Shown: positions 26,560-37,908 of the stretch, piece by piece
Layout of the letters: each line of letters opens with the position of its first letter
How positions within the stretch are numbered: position 1 is the first letter of the stretch
Assembly: GCF_018350175.1 (NCBI RefSeq)
Contig: NC_058369.1
Span: forward strand, 23,376,001-23,440,000
Length of the DNA stretch: 64,000 nucleotides
Origin: Felis catus
Taxonomy: Eukaryota
Reading direction: 5' to 3'
Position numbers and translations under genes: made by a program
Notes under the pieces: model-generated
Databases searched by the model: none
What the model was told of the DNA's origin: nothing
What the model saw: only the letters and a program-made list of their open reading frames with translations

Positions 26560-28260
26560 TAAATGAATATTTCTAAATATTCTTAAATATCCACACTTTG
26601 TTATAGTTTTGCAACATTGTTTCCCCACTTACTGTGTTTGGGGATATTCTTTCACAGCAATAAACAATCTCCTTTTCCCTTTCTTCTGGTGCCAAGTAGA
26701 CCACAGATCGGACACACTGCTTCTTACTTAATCCTCCCTCTGTTGATGGACTTTGAGGTGGGTTTCACGGTTTTCTCTTCTCAATGAACAATGTTACCAA
26801 GAGCATCTTTACACATGACTTGTTGGTTCCAGCACAAGAGTGGCTGTTACTGAGAAGTAAAAGTACTGAAGAAGTGAGCTCTACTTCATGTCCACTGCAG
26901 TAATAACAAATTTTCTCCTCACGGCTGTAGAAGTTCACTTTCCCACCGGCAGTATAGAAGGATGTTCACTTCTTCAGACTCCGTCATGACGTGACCATAG
27001 ATTCAATTTTTGCCAATCCACTAGTGGAAAGTGCATTCCGTTACTTTAGTCTCACTGTAACTTCTATGCTCTCTCATTTTGAGTGAGATCGAACCCCTTT
27101 TTATGTATCAGTTGTCCAGCTGTGTTGCCAACTGTGTTTCCTCTTCTGTAAATCCTCTCGTGGGTTTTGATACTGGTTAGGGCATGCACCTTGGCTTTGC
27201 TTCCCTTTTTCTAAAACTCAAGTTTATATGATTGTCCAGACTGTTCTTTATATTTACTCTTCTGAATGAATCTTAGGGTCATTACTTCAAACACCACCGA
27301 CAGTCCCAGTAGGAATCCCTTTGAATTCCTTTGCTTGAATTAAAAGGTCCGTTGAAAGAGAAATGACATCTTTCATATATGTGTTCCTTTCCACAACCAT
27401 TGTACTTCCTTCCAATTCTTAGTTTGTCTTTTTTTTTAATGTTTATATTTATATTTTTGAGAGAGTGAGTAGGGGAGGGGCAGAGAGAGGAAGAGAAAGA
27501 ATCCCAAGCAGGCTCCGTGCTGTCAGCACGGAGCCCAACATGGGGCTCGATCGCACAAAGTGTGAGATCATGACCTGAGCCAAAATCAAGAGTTGGATGC
27601 TTAGTGGACTGAGCCACCCAGGTGCCCCTCAGTTTGTCTTCTTATGTTCAGTAAAAATGATCATTTTCTTAATAAAGAAGTCATTTACTAGATTTATTCT
27701 TAGGCATTTCATAGTCATTATTGATATACTCAATGGTTCTTTATTTCAGAAATGTTTTTTTCATTGGTTACTGCCTGTGTCAGGGATAGGCTGTGGTTTT
27801 ATATGCTAATTATGTAACTGGTCAGCTTGCTGAGTTCTTTTCTTCTACTAGTTGGTCAGTGGGTTCACATGGGTTTTCTATGAACACACTGATATCCGTT
27901 CTGTGGGTGATTTGGTCGTATGCACTTGTGGGTAGATTCTCAATGAACATTTCAGGGTTTTTTTCATGGCAGTCGGTCTGCTTATGTTTTTACAGCTTAG
28001 CCAAATGTTGATAATTTATACTTTATCCCCAAAGGTGTGTTTGCTCTAAGTTTTCAAATTGTTTACAGTGGTATACATAATAGTCACTTAAAATGCTTAA
28101 ATGCCTCTGGATCTTTTGGGTTTTAATGTGACTTTGTGACTTCTTTCTTTTGTGCCAAAGGCTGATTTATGTCAGTGTTCTTTTAAACCAGAATTTGGGT
28201 CTTTCAGTTATCTTCACAGTTTTATTTGCATTTATTCTTCTGCTTTTATCTTCACAAATT
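26560..28260 (-). mobile_element. Ancient L1 (L1ME-like) fragments
   Basis: Degenerate antisense L1 3' and ORF2 motifs (ttcactttcccaccggcagtatag…; agatttattcttaggcattt…). Confidence 0.5.
27431..27628 (-). mobile_element. Carnivore SINE
   Basis: Reverse SINE body flanked by agtttgtctt repeats. Confidence 0.94.
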
Positions 28261-28700
28261 CCTTTTGTCACTGAGTCAACAAATCTTTGCTGAGAATCTG
28301 CTCAGTCCCAGTGCTGGGCGCTGGGGGAAGTCTCTAAGGGTGGGGGATGGGCAGATGCAGCCTCCCTACCAAGGAAACTGCAGTCCGTGGTGAGGGGCGG
28401 ACAGTAAGCAAGGAAGGAGGAAGCAGAGGCACTGGAGCGGGAAAAGAAAGGTGGTGAGGTCATGGGTCCTTCACAAGACCCATTCAGTCGAATGGTAAGG
28501 ACTACAGAAGAATTGCAGTGAATGGAGGAATTCAGGGGAGTGGCCAGATTCTGGAGAATTCTTTTCAGGACTGTGCTATAAAAGGGGAGGGAGAAATAGG
28601 GCACTGGTGAGGTCAAGGGAGAGTTTTGTTTTTCCTGAGGTGAGAGATGTGACAGCATGTTTGTGAACTGAAGGGAATGGCAGGTAGTCAAAGGTAACTA
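28260..28700. mobile_element. L2 LINE fragments
   Basis: caacaaatctttgctgagaatctgctcagtcccagtgctgggcgctgggg and gtcaagggagagttttgtttt…acagcatgtttgtg motifs. Confidence 0.6.
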
Positions 28701-29073
28701 TGCAATGACCACCTCTCTTCCCTTCCATCAGCCCCATCCTTGGAGAAGCCTGAGAGCTGGCTTAGGAGAGAGGCATCAGTATTCAACCCAGGGTACCAGA
28801 GGGAATACCAAGTGTAGGGGCACAGGTGCAGGCTTGTGTTCGTATTTTTTCCAGCTTCTCCATCCAAAACCTTAGTTCATTTGTTGGCAAACTTCCTCCC
28901 CCCTCCCAATAAACAAAATATCTAAGGTCATACTGCACAGATTTGAGTCTGGGCTGTTCTTAAATTCTCAAGGATTAATGGAATGTTGTTTTTAATTTTA
29001 TTTTTAATTTCCACTGTTTATATATTTTTTGCTATTAATTTCTGATTGTATTTTTACCCTAAGAGAAGAATAT

Positions 29074-29300
29074 GGGGGCTCCTGGGTGGCTCAGTCGGTT
29101 AAGCATCCAACTTCAGCTCAGGTCATGATCTCACGGCTTGTGAGTTCGAGCCCCACGTCGGGCTCTGTGCTGACAGCTCAGAGCCTGGAGCCTCTTCAGG
29201 TTCTGTGTCTCCCTCTCTCTCTCTGCCCGTCCCCCACTTGCGTGCACTCTCTCTCTCTCTTAAAAATAAGTAAACATTAGAAAAAATTTTTTTAAAAAGA
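29074..29300 (+). mobile_element. Carnivore SINE
   Basis: SINE body with degenerate TSD aagagaagaatatg / aagagaaaagaacatg. Confidence 0.94.
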
Positions 29301-29416
29301 GAAAAGAACATGTAATTGGTGCTTTCAGCTCTTTGGACTGTGTTGTAGTTCCCTGTATTTGAAATTAGCTTATATATTCTGTTGCTTAGATCTGAAGAGT
29401 CTTCACTCCATTTTTT

Positions 29417-29633
29417 TTTTAATTTTTTTTTCAATGTTTATTTATTTTTGGGACAGAGAGAGATAGAGCATGAATGGGGGGGGGCAGAGAGAGAGGGAGA
29501 CACAGAATCGGAAGCAGGCTCCAGGCTCTGAGCCATCAGCCCAGAGCCTGACGTGGGGCTCGAACTCACGGACCGCAAGATTGTGACCTGGCTGAAGTCG
29601 GACACTTAACCGACTGTGCCACCCAGGCGCCCC
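29417..29633 (-). mobile_element. Young felid SINE (SINEC_Fc) with TSD
   Basis: TSD tcttcactccatttttt at 29400-29416 and 29634-29650. Confidence 0.96.
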
Positions 29634-30057
29634 TCTTCACTCCATTTTTTAATAGATCATATATTCATCAATCACTTGCGGCCTTTCTGTGAATCTGTAC
29701 ACTCTGATCGTAAACGTTCATGTCCTATCTTGTTATACTGTTATACTGTTTTTCAATATGAACTATTTCTTTATTACATCTTAAAGATTTTTCCCTCTGA
29801 ATATTTGTAGGAGAATCTTACTAAACCTGTCCCTCTATTTTGTCATTAGTATTTTTCTGGTGTATCCTCACGTCTTCCTGTGTCATTCTGTTTCAGGAGT
29901 ATCTGCTATAGACTACATAATGCTGATGTTCTGGCAAACTCAGCTTAAGAGTCTCTGCCTTTTTTTTAAATTAATGTTTTTGAGTCTCTGCTTTTTTGAT
30001 AAGTGAATCTAACCGACAGACATTTATTGTGATTGGTAATAATCTTATACTGGCGGT

Positions 30058-30058
<1 letters not shown>

Positions 30059-30106
<48 letters not shown>
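30059..30106. repeat. (GT)24 microsatellite
   Basis: Perfect dinucleotide repeat, directly visible. Confidence 0.98.
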
Positions 30107-30111
<5 letters not shown>

Positions 30112-32069
30112 ACCATGCTATCTTGGATTAATCAGATTTGCATTCTTTAGTTTCTTTTCAGTAATTATCCCTAAATTTTAAAACACAATTTTCTACCTGT
30201 ATCTCAAGTTAGTTAGAATCTATTTTCCTCTGGACTCTGACATACCTTTTATTTTTCTTTTTTCCATTCCCTCAAAACTTTAAGTATGTTGCTCTGTTTT
30301 GTTCATCTAAAGTCCCCCATTGAGAAGTTGGTGTTATTCTCATTCTTTAAGTAATTTCTTCCTAGAGAAGCTTTTAGGATTGGTCTGTATCTTTGATGAT
30401 CTAAAGTTTCACTCATGCTTGAATGGCCCCTTTTAATAAAAGAAAAGTCAATTTTTTCTTTAATGGGGAAATATTCTCTTCCTGTGGAGCTTTTTTTAAA
30501 TCTCTTTTTCCTTTATTTGCCATCTGGTAGATTCATTTGGGTTAGTATTCTAGTCAATCATTTGTTCTTTAAAGAGTTGTATGATCTTGGTTTTGATTGG
30601 TCATTTAGACTCTATTAGCCTGCCCCCAACATGGAAATCTTTGGTTTTCTGATGAGCACCATCTGAGGTAGGTTATATTTATTCTTATAGGCATAATCCA
30701 TTATAAAGAGGCCACCTGCTAGGGCAGTGTCATTGCAGTGGTGAGAAGGTACCCAGTGCTAAAAGGGGAAGGTAAAGCCAACAATTTTAAAGCCTTAATG
30801 AGACAGCAAAGTCAAACTTTTTTCTCAAGCCAGACAGAGTTGTGGAGAGTGTGGGAGGGCAGAGAGTTCATGTTCCAGAGTATGGTGTAGGCATGGAGGA
30901 AGCATCTTTGAGGAAAGTCATGTCTTGTTCCTTCCTATGGAGAAAGAAAAACAATAACCATAATTTCAGGATATTAGATAAACAGGTGAAGGCATTTGTA
31001 GACAAGAAACGGGTTGTGTTATAATCTCCAAGGCATTCTTGGATAATTCAACATATGAAGTGGTATTGGGTAAAATGAAAAGGTAGTCCTTTCTCCTCAT
31101 TATAGTTTCCCACAAAACAGAGGATTCTTTTTCATTACATGATTTTAGTAAACCGTGATGAGAATAGAACAAATTTGTTGAGAGAAAGATGAATGGAGGT
31201 AAAAACTTATGGGGAAATTGACTATGTTGTTATGTTACAGTCTATTTCATCTGACTGAACTTAACTTAGTGAAATGTCATGAAAAATTATACGATGGGAG
31301 TTCTAGGCTTGTAGCTAAATATTTAGCTACTCTGTTTGCTCTGGAGGAATATGGGATTTTGTTTGCTAATTTGTTCCTCCACAGAGCCAGTAGCATTTGT
31401 TGTTCCAGGAGTGTTTTTACAGTGGCGTTACTTTGTCATTTCACTGTGTTGGATGATGAGAGAGGAGGTGCCATTGGGCTTACTTCCGTTGGAGTAGCTG
31501 TACTGATGGACCCAATGTCAAAGCTGCTCCACAGCCTGAGCACTGGCACACGTGGCCCCAGAACTGTGGAACTCTCCAACAACCAGCATCCATCTCATGC
31601 CAGTATCGTACCTCTATTTTGGGCAGACATTGTGCAAAGCAGTGCAGGAAGGGTCTAGGATATTCTCTTCATCCTTTTGGGAACTTCAGGTGCAAACTGG
31701 GAGAAGGAAGCAAGGCTTGGAAAAGCCCAAGCCTTTAGGCCTTGGAAATTGAGATGATTTAGCCAACTCTGACTCTCCTGTTGTGCACATACAACATTCC
31801 AGTCTTCCCAGGGTGAGTTTTATGACCTCTGTGTCACCATAGCCATAGGTTGTCTTCTTACACTTCCTGCACTGTTGTCTTCTTAATGAAGCTTGGTATT
31901 TAACCGTGAAGAACCTTGTGGAAGGAGGCAACCTTAGTAGTAAGGCAGTCTCTGAAAACTGTTTTCTAAAATATTATAGTAGTTAGCTCCCCAGGGGAGT
32001 TTTCCTCAGGATTCTTAATTTGATGGACGGTAAATGACCACCCACTGTCTGTGCTTCATGTTCCAACAG

Positions 32070-32182
32070 GTCCTTTGTCATCCAGCAAATCCCAAGCAGC
32101 AATCTGTTCATGGTGGTGGTGGACAGCAGCTGCCTGTGTGAGTCCGTGACCCCCATCACCATGGCCCCCATTGAAATCAGGT
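32070..32182 (+). CDS. CACNA2D3: CACNA2D3 third-from-last coding exon: (K)SFVIQQIPSSNLFMVVVDSSCLCESVTPITMAPIEIR(Y)
   Basis: Acceptor ttccaacAG ends at 32069. The translation matches the alpha2delta-3 C-terminal delta region as I recall it. The exon ends at a U12-type donor, ATATCCTTTT, starting at 32183. Confidence 0.97.
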
Positions 32183-32401
32183 ATATCCTTTTGTGTGTAG
32201 GTCCAGCTACTGCTGCTGAAGCCAGGGAGGGGAATCTACGGGAAGGAAACCTAGGGGAGAAATATTAGGGGGAAATGACAGCCATTCCACTGTTGGAAAG
32301 AGAGGAGTCATGAAGGGAGTGCAGTGCCAAGGTTTGACCTTCAAAATGCAGAGTAAGGGAAAGTGATGACATCTTAGCAATATGCCTTAACTACAGTCAA
32401 C
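32183..32401 (+). other. CACNA2D3: U12-type (minor spliceosome) AT-AC intron of CACNA2D3, 219 bp
   Basis: 5' end ATATCCTTTT, branch site GCCTTAAC at 32384-32391, terminal AC at 32400-32401, no polypyrimidine tract. Removal gives AGG T|AT AAC GAA = R-Y-N-E in frame. Confidence 0.95.
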
Positions 32402-32484
32402 ATAACGAATCCCTTAAGTGTGAACGTTTAAAGGCCCAGAAGATCAGAAGGCGTCCCGAGTCTTGTCATGGCTTCCATCCTGAG
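32402..32484 (+). CDS. CACNA2D3: CACNA2D3 penultimate coding exon: (Y)NESLKCERLKAQKIRRRPESCHGFHPE
   Basis: 83 bp, in frame with both neighbouring exons, followed by the canonical donor GAG|GTAAGT at 32485. Confidence 0.97.
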
Positions 32485-32999
32485 GTAAGTCTGAGAGACC
32501 TTCCTGTTCTCTTTTTCTACCACGTTCACCATGAGAATCTCACAATTGGCAAAGAGCTCTAGTTAAGAAGTTTACTTGTGAAGAAACAATCCTTTCAGGC
32601 AAATCAAAGGAAGGCTAATGGTACTTTACTTTCAGCCCTTCAGTGCCTTCTTATTTAGTCTGTGCTTAAGGGTCTTATTGTATCCGTATTCATATTTCAA
32701 AGCCTCTTTACTCTCTTCCCTATTACGAACGTACCGTAGTTCTCTCTCTTCACGCTGTTACACGCAACATGGCTCTGACCATCTTGGTTTACTTATTTCA
32801 AATTGCAGTTCAGATTATTTTCCCCTGCTTACTTTTAGACAGCCTTTTATTGATGAGAAATTCATATAAAGCAGAAATGGCAATACTGATACCAGATTAA
32901 GAGTCACGGTTTCTGTGGGGGGATGATAACCACCACATGGAGGCACAACTACAAAGGCCCTCCATTGACACCAGAAGTGACGATCACAAGAAAATTAAA

Positions 33000-34200
33000 C
33001 TTAGCACCGAGAAAGGTGAACCTGAAAAAGGAATACCCTCCAAAGTGCCATAGGCAAAAAAAAAAAACCCTTTCTGGTCTAGCAGAAATAATAGAAATTT
33101 AAAAATTAACTCCACCCCACTTTGAGAAATGGAAAGCTAGCCTAGACCAATTATTATTATAGGGATACTGGGAAAATCTCTATTTTTAAAAATGCCACCA
33201 AAGCCAATGGACTGGCTTTAAGTCCACCTTTAAATAGCAAATAATTTTCATCTTTCCTAAACTCTCCAAGTCCTAGCAAATGATGTTAAAGTCAATATAG
33301 GACCAATAAAACTTGGAATTGACTGAGAATGTTTGCTTCTGTGTTCAAAGGAGAATTCACTAGCAACATATTATACAGATATATGCTGGAAAGGTCTTTG
33401 GTAAAACTCAGTGATAAAATTCAAATAAAAAAAATCTTTATATAAAATTCAAATAAAACTAATAGTCCCCAAACCCTAAAGTCACTTCAGTTAAAACCAG
33501 GACTGTCTATGTAGACAACCAAAATCACTAAAGTAGAAATCTTCTGTGGTTAATGAGATAATTTTCTCCGGTAAATAGATGTAAGTATTCAAAAATTAGT
33601 ATTTTTTTCTCTAAGTTTCTAAACCTAATAAGATGAGGTCAGTACGACAGAATAGAAATTCTTAGATATAACCAAGGTTCAATTCAAAGCGGAAAATACA
33701 CATTAGATTTAAATGGTAAAATAATAGTCTCACAAGAAATGTTAGGAATTGGAGAAATCTTCCTATCCAAGACCAGACAGCTGTGAAAGAAAAACAGAAT
33801 TTATCTAATTATATAAAAATTACAATTTTTTATGGAAAAAGAGAATTTACAGTTAATAGCCAATTTATACAACTTAGAAAATCATTTATAAGCCAAATCA
33901 TTAAAGAAATTTTTAAAATTGAAAAGTCAAACAAGTACATATAAAAGGAAGCCAAGGGCATGAAAGCTAAAAGTCACTGGGTGATCAGAACGGACAGGTG
34001 ATGACGAAATATCCGGCTACAGTCATGAAAGGCAAGAATACCCCTCGCCCTGCACTCACACTCCTGGGCATCTTTACCATAGGCAGGGGCCCAGGCCTGG
34101 ACCATGGACTGGTAGTGACCTGCACTCAGCACTGTTCATACCAACAGAGAACAGAGAAGATAATGAATGCCCATTGATAATAAAATAGAGCTAGAAAAAT
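33000..34200 (+). mobile_element. Probable very old sense-strand L1 remnant in the last CACNA2D3 intron
   Basis: Strong A-skew on the + strand and faint ORF2/3' motifs; no intact frame. Confidence 0.4.
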
Positions 34201-34721
34201 GGAGTTAGAAGAGTTGCCATCAACCCGTGGATAAAAAGCCTGCTGCAGAAAGGATTACGTAATGTGATTTCATCTTTATAAAACGAAGCCCTCCTTTCCC
34301 CACATATAAAGAAAGAAGGCCCACAAAACCTCTTACAGCTGGTGCTGAAATGATCAGGCCCCTTGGATGTCAAGCTTTACTTACATTCTGACAGGAAGAC
34401 ATTAGAAGGGCAACATTCGGCTGTTCTAATTCGATCACAACAGACAGCTCCACCACCAGCCCTTTGCCTCTTGAATGTTCTGTGTAATAATACGCACAGA
34501 GTAAGTTTGAACATTTAGGCAGTGACAACTGAAATCAGAGATTCTTATCACAAACTTGATGAAATTTAGACAAGTCCATTTCTTTGTGTTATCTACTTTC
34601 CAAAAGACTTGATTCCTACATTGGAGAGTGCGGGGAGAGGTCTGGGGACTCGATGTAGCTCAGAAAATTGAAGGCGTCTTGGAATCCATCTCGCTCTAAC
34701 CGACCCTGCCTTTCCCTGTAG

Positions 34722-34814
34722 GAGAATGCAAGGGAGTGTGGGGGTGCACCGAGCCTGCAGGCCAAGATGGTCCTTGTCGTCTTCCCTCTGCTCTTGATGC
34801 TCTTTTCAAGGTGA
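34722..34814 (+). CDS. CACNA2D3: CACNA2D3 terminal coding exon: ENARECGGAPSLQAKMVLVVFPLLLMLFSR* (GPI-anchor signal-like hydrophobic tail)
   Basis: Branch-like CTCTAAC and acceptor cctttccctgtAG ending at 34721. Phase 0 matches the upstream exon; stop TGA at 34812-34814. Confidence 0.97.
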   Translation, partial: ENARECGGAPSLQAKMVLVVFPLLLMLFSR

Positions 34815-35140
34815 CACTGAGATGTTCTCTTGGCATGCTAAATTATGGATAAACTGTGAACCAAAATATGGTGCGACATAGGAGACATGAAATATAGTCC
34901 AACCATCAGCATCTCATGATTTTAAACTGTGCGTGATATAAACTCCTAAAGATCTGTTGACAAAAAAAAAAGTTATCTTTTTACTTTGCCAGTCATGCAA
35001 ATGTGAGTTTGCTACATGATAATCACCTTTCTTCATCAGAAATGGGGCTGCAAGTGGGCAGTGTCCCTTCTGCTTGAAACCCATTGAAACCAATTTAAAA
35101 CTGTGTACTTTTTAAATAAAGTATATTAAAATCATAATTT
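34815..35140 (+). other. CACNA2D3: CACNA2D3 3'UTR (about 320 nt; end approximate)
   Basis: Repeat-free sequence between the stop codon and the poly(A) signals. Confidence 0.8.
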
Positions 35141-35160
35141 TCTGAGTTTTGCTTTCTTGC
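35115..35160 (+). terminator. CACNA2D3: Polyadenylation signal region of CACNA2D3
   Basis: AATAAA at 35115-35120 and ATTAAA at 35125-35130, followed by the U/GU-rich tract ttttctgagttttgctttcttg. Confidence 0.8.
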
Positions 35161-36768
35161 TGAGAATACAGACAGAACCTCATGGAAAAGTCACCCATTC
35201 CAGATACCGGGAAAGGGCGGTTATTGGCAGAGACTTTGCTCTGAAGCAGATTCTAGACAAATATTTAACAATTGTTTAGGTGCTTCACTCGCAGTTATAA
35301 AAATGTTTACAGAAGTAAACCAAACTATCATCTTCATGGGAAGCGTTTATTACAAAGAGCCCTGAATAATTTTTTTTTTGAACTAAACTTCAGTAGAAAT
35401 CATAATTTGGATGGGAACACGAGCTCCCAAGATACTCGAGTGTTGAACTATGTGGGAAGAGGAATAAAGTCATAAATGCGAGGAATTCATTCTGAAAAGA
35501 TTTGATGGAGGAAGAGAACAATGACTACAAATGACTCTCAAACTTCTGCTTGAGCATTTGGCTTCTGGCTTTTTCCCCATAAACAAGGGATGAAATTAGA
35601 TCTCAAATATTACAAGATGTGAAACTACCCAGACGTGTAAGGCATTCCTAAAACACTGGATCCTGAACCAAAGAAAACAGATTCCACCGGATCGTGGTTA
35701 CCAAATAAAGTGGAATAATTTCCATGCCTCACTAGAATCGAGAATGCCTTATTTTATGAGACAGACATCTAAAAGTCATGGGGAGAATGCCACTTGAGCT
35801 TTAAAAAAAAAAAGCCCACATTATTCTGTTGATATTGTAGAAAAACTGATGTGATTATCCTGCCTTCTCCTGAAATGATGCCAGTATTTATAGGAAAAAT
35901 AATACTACGTTGCTCTATTTCCTGAAACTCTAATGCCTCCCATATTGTTGACAGTGTAACAATACTATAACATGTTGACTGTCAAAATGTCAACAACTAT
36001 GGGGCTATCTAGTATTACAACCACCGTGGTCATTGATATTATTCACTTCTGTGCACTAAGTGTATGAATAAATTCATAGGTTGCCCTCACAAGTATCAAA
36101 ATGCATTCTATGTACACTAAACAACCATAGTGTATTTTTTATAAACAAGAACATGACATGACCCACCATTCTCCTTTATATTTCTAAAGAACTGGCAACA
36201 GTAGATCGAATATATAATAATGCCCGTAGCTGAATGCTAATGATACAAAATAGTGTCCAATAAACATTTATAATTTCACTCCCTGTGTATTCACTATTCA
36301 CTATCTATAAATTCACTCCTTGTTCTCAGCAATGGCGTGGCATCATTTTTAGTGACATGAAGATGGCATAGTTGGGTCACACTCTTGGCTTATGGCATCA
36401 TCAGGCATCACCTTCATGTGAATGAACCACCCACCTTGTGCCTCAGATTGTCAGTTCCCTCAGTGACTCCAGGCGACTGGCCACTCCATTTATCTATTTG
36501 TATATCTGTTTTCTCCAACATAACATGTCCAGAGCAGAAATCTCAATCCTCCTCCACCAACCTCTTTCCTTCTGACTGACTCAGCTTCTCAAACCAAACT
36601 CCTTAGAGACTCTCTTATCTGCTTGTTCCTTCTCAGCCCGTCACTCAGAGTCTCATCTCAACAACAATAGAGTTATATAGTATTATGACCTTGGGAAAGT
36701 GACTTTCCTCCTCATGCCTTCCTTTCTTACAACTAGTTACTGAAATTATAGGCTGTGACATTCAGTAT

Positions 36769-37319
36769 ATGGCTGACCCTTGAACAACATGGGAGTTAGG
36801 GGCACCAACCCCTTTTTAACTCCCCCAAACCTTAACTACTAATAGCCTACTATTGACTGGGAGCCTTAATGATAACATAAACAGTTGATTGACACATATT
36901 TTGTATGTTATATGTATTATAAACTGCATTCTTATAATAAGCTAAAGAAAAAATGTTTTGGGGCACCTGGGTGGCTCAGTCGGTTAAGCATCCGACTTCA
37001 GCTCAGGTCATGATCTCGCGGTTTGTGAGTTCGAGCCCCACATCAGGCTCTGTGCGGACAGCTCAGAGCCTGGAGCCTGCTTCAGATTCTGTGTCTCCTC
37101 CTCTCTCTGCCCCTTCCATACTCATGCTCTGTCTCTCTGTCTCTTAATAACAAATAAATGTTAAAAAAATTTTTTAAAGAAAAAAAAGAAAAAATGTTAT
37201 TAGAAAATCACAAGGAAGAGAAAATACATTCACAGTTATGTACAGTATTTATTTAAAAAAAATCAGTATATAAGCAGGCCTGCACAGTTCAAACCCATGT
37301 TGTTCAGGAGTCGCCTGTA
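36769..37319. mobile_element. Tigger2a-like TcMar DNA transposon interrupted by a SINE
   Basis: Inverted ends ctgacccttgaacaacatggg … cccatgttgttcaggagtcgcctg. Internal cttaactactaatagcctact and cacatattttgtatgttatatg. Confidence 0.85.
36960..37184 (+). mobile_element. Carnivore SINE inside the Tigger element
   Basis: TSD aaagaaaaaatgtt at 36944-36957 and 37185-37198. Confidence 0.96.
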
Positions 37320-37679
37320 ATTGGTAACAGATTTAGAAGGCACCTATTACAAATTATAGTGTAACACGGTAGCAATATTCTTACAAAAAGGTAGAAAGTT
37401 TTCATATGTATATTCATGGATATACATATATAATTACATACAAAATATATTTATAGAATAGATAAAACTAATAAAAATATAGTAGAATGCTTACAATATA
37501 CATTGAGGGTAGAATAGTAAAACACAGCACAGACAAGAACACAGGTTTAGGAACAACGTAGTACTCTAATAATGTAGCATTCTTACTTAAATTATAAACA
37601 GTACTGCACTACAGAGGATAATACCATTTGTCATGTTATAAGAGACTGTAGTAAAATATTATAGACAGAAGAGCACAGG

Positions 37680-37908
37680 TTTTTTTTTTAATTTTTAAAA
37701 ATTGTTTAATGTTTATTTTTGAGAGAGGGAGAGAGACAGAGTGTGAGCAGGGGAGGAGCAGAGAGAGAGGGAGACACAGAATCCAAAGTAAGCTCCAGGC
37801 CGTGAGCTGTCAGCAGGGAGCCCGACGTGGGGCTCAAACCCATGAGCTGTGAGATCATGACCTGAGCCGAAGTCGGGCACCCAACCGACTGAGCCACCCA
37901 GGCGCCCC
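37680..37908 (-). mobile_element. Carnivore SINE
   Basis: Reverse SINE; TSD agaagagcaca at 37667-37677 and 37909-37919. Confidence 0.96.

Larger units (their letters stand above)
1..32069 (+). other. CACNA2D3: 3' part of a large CACNA2D3 intron (upstream exon lies outside the window)
   Basis: I found no further alpha2delta-3 coding exon upstream of 32070; the region is dominated by interspersed repeats. Confidence 0.75.

Noticed and set aside
31209..31658. 149-aa plus-strand ORF just upstream of the first exon
   Set aside because: It does not resemble the alpha2delta-3 sequence expected before SFVIQQIP; treated as an intronic chance ORF.
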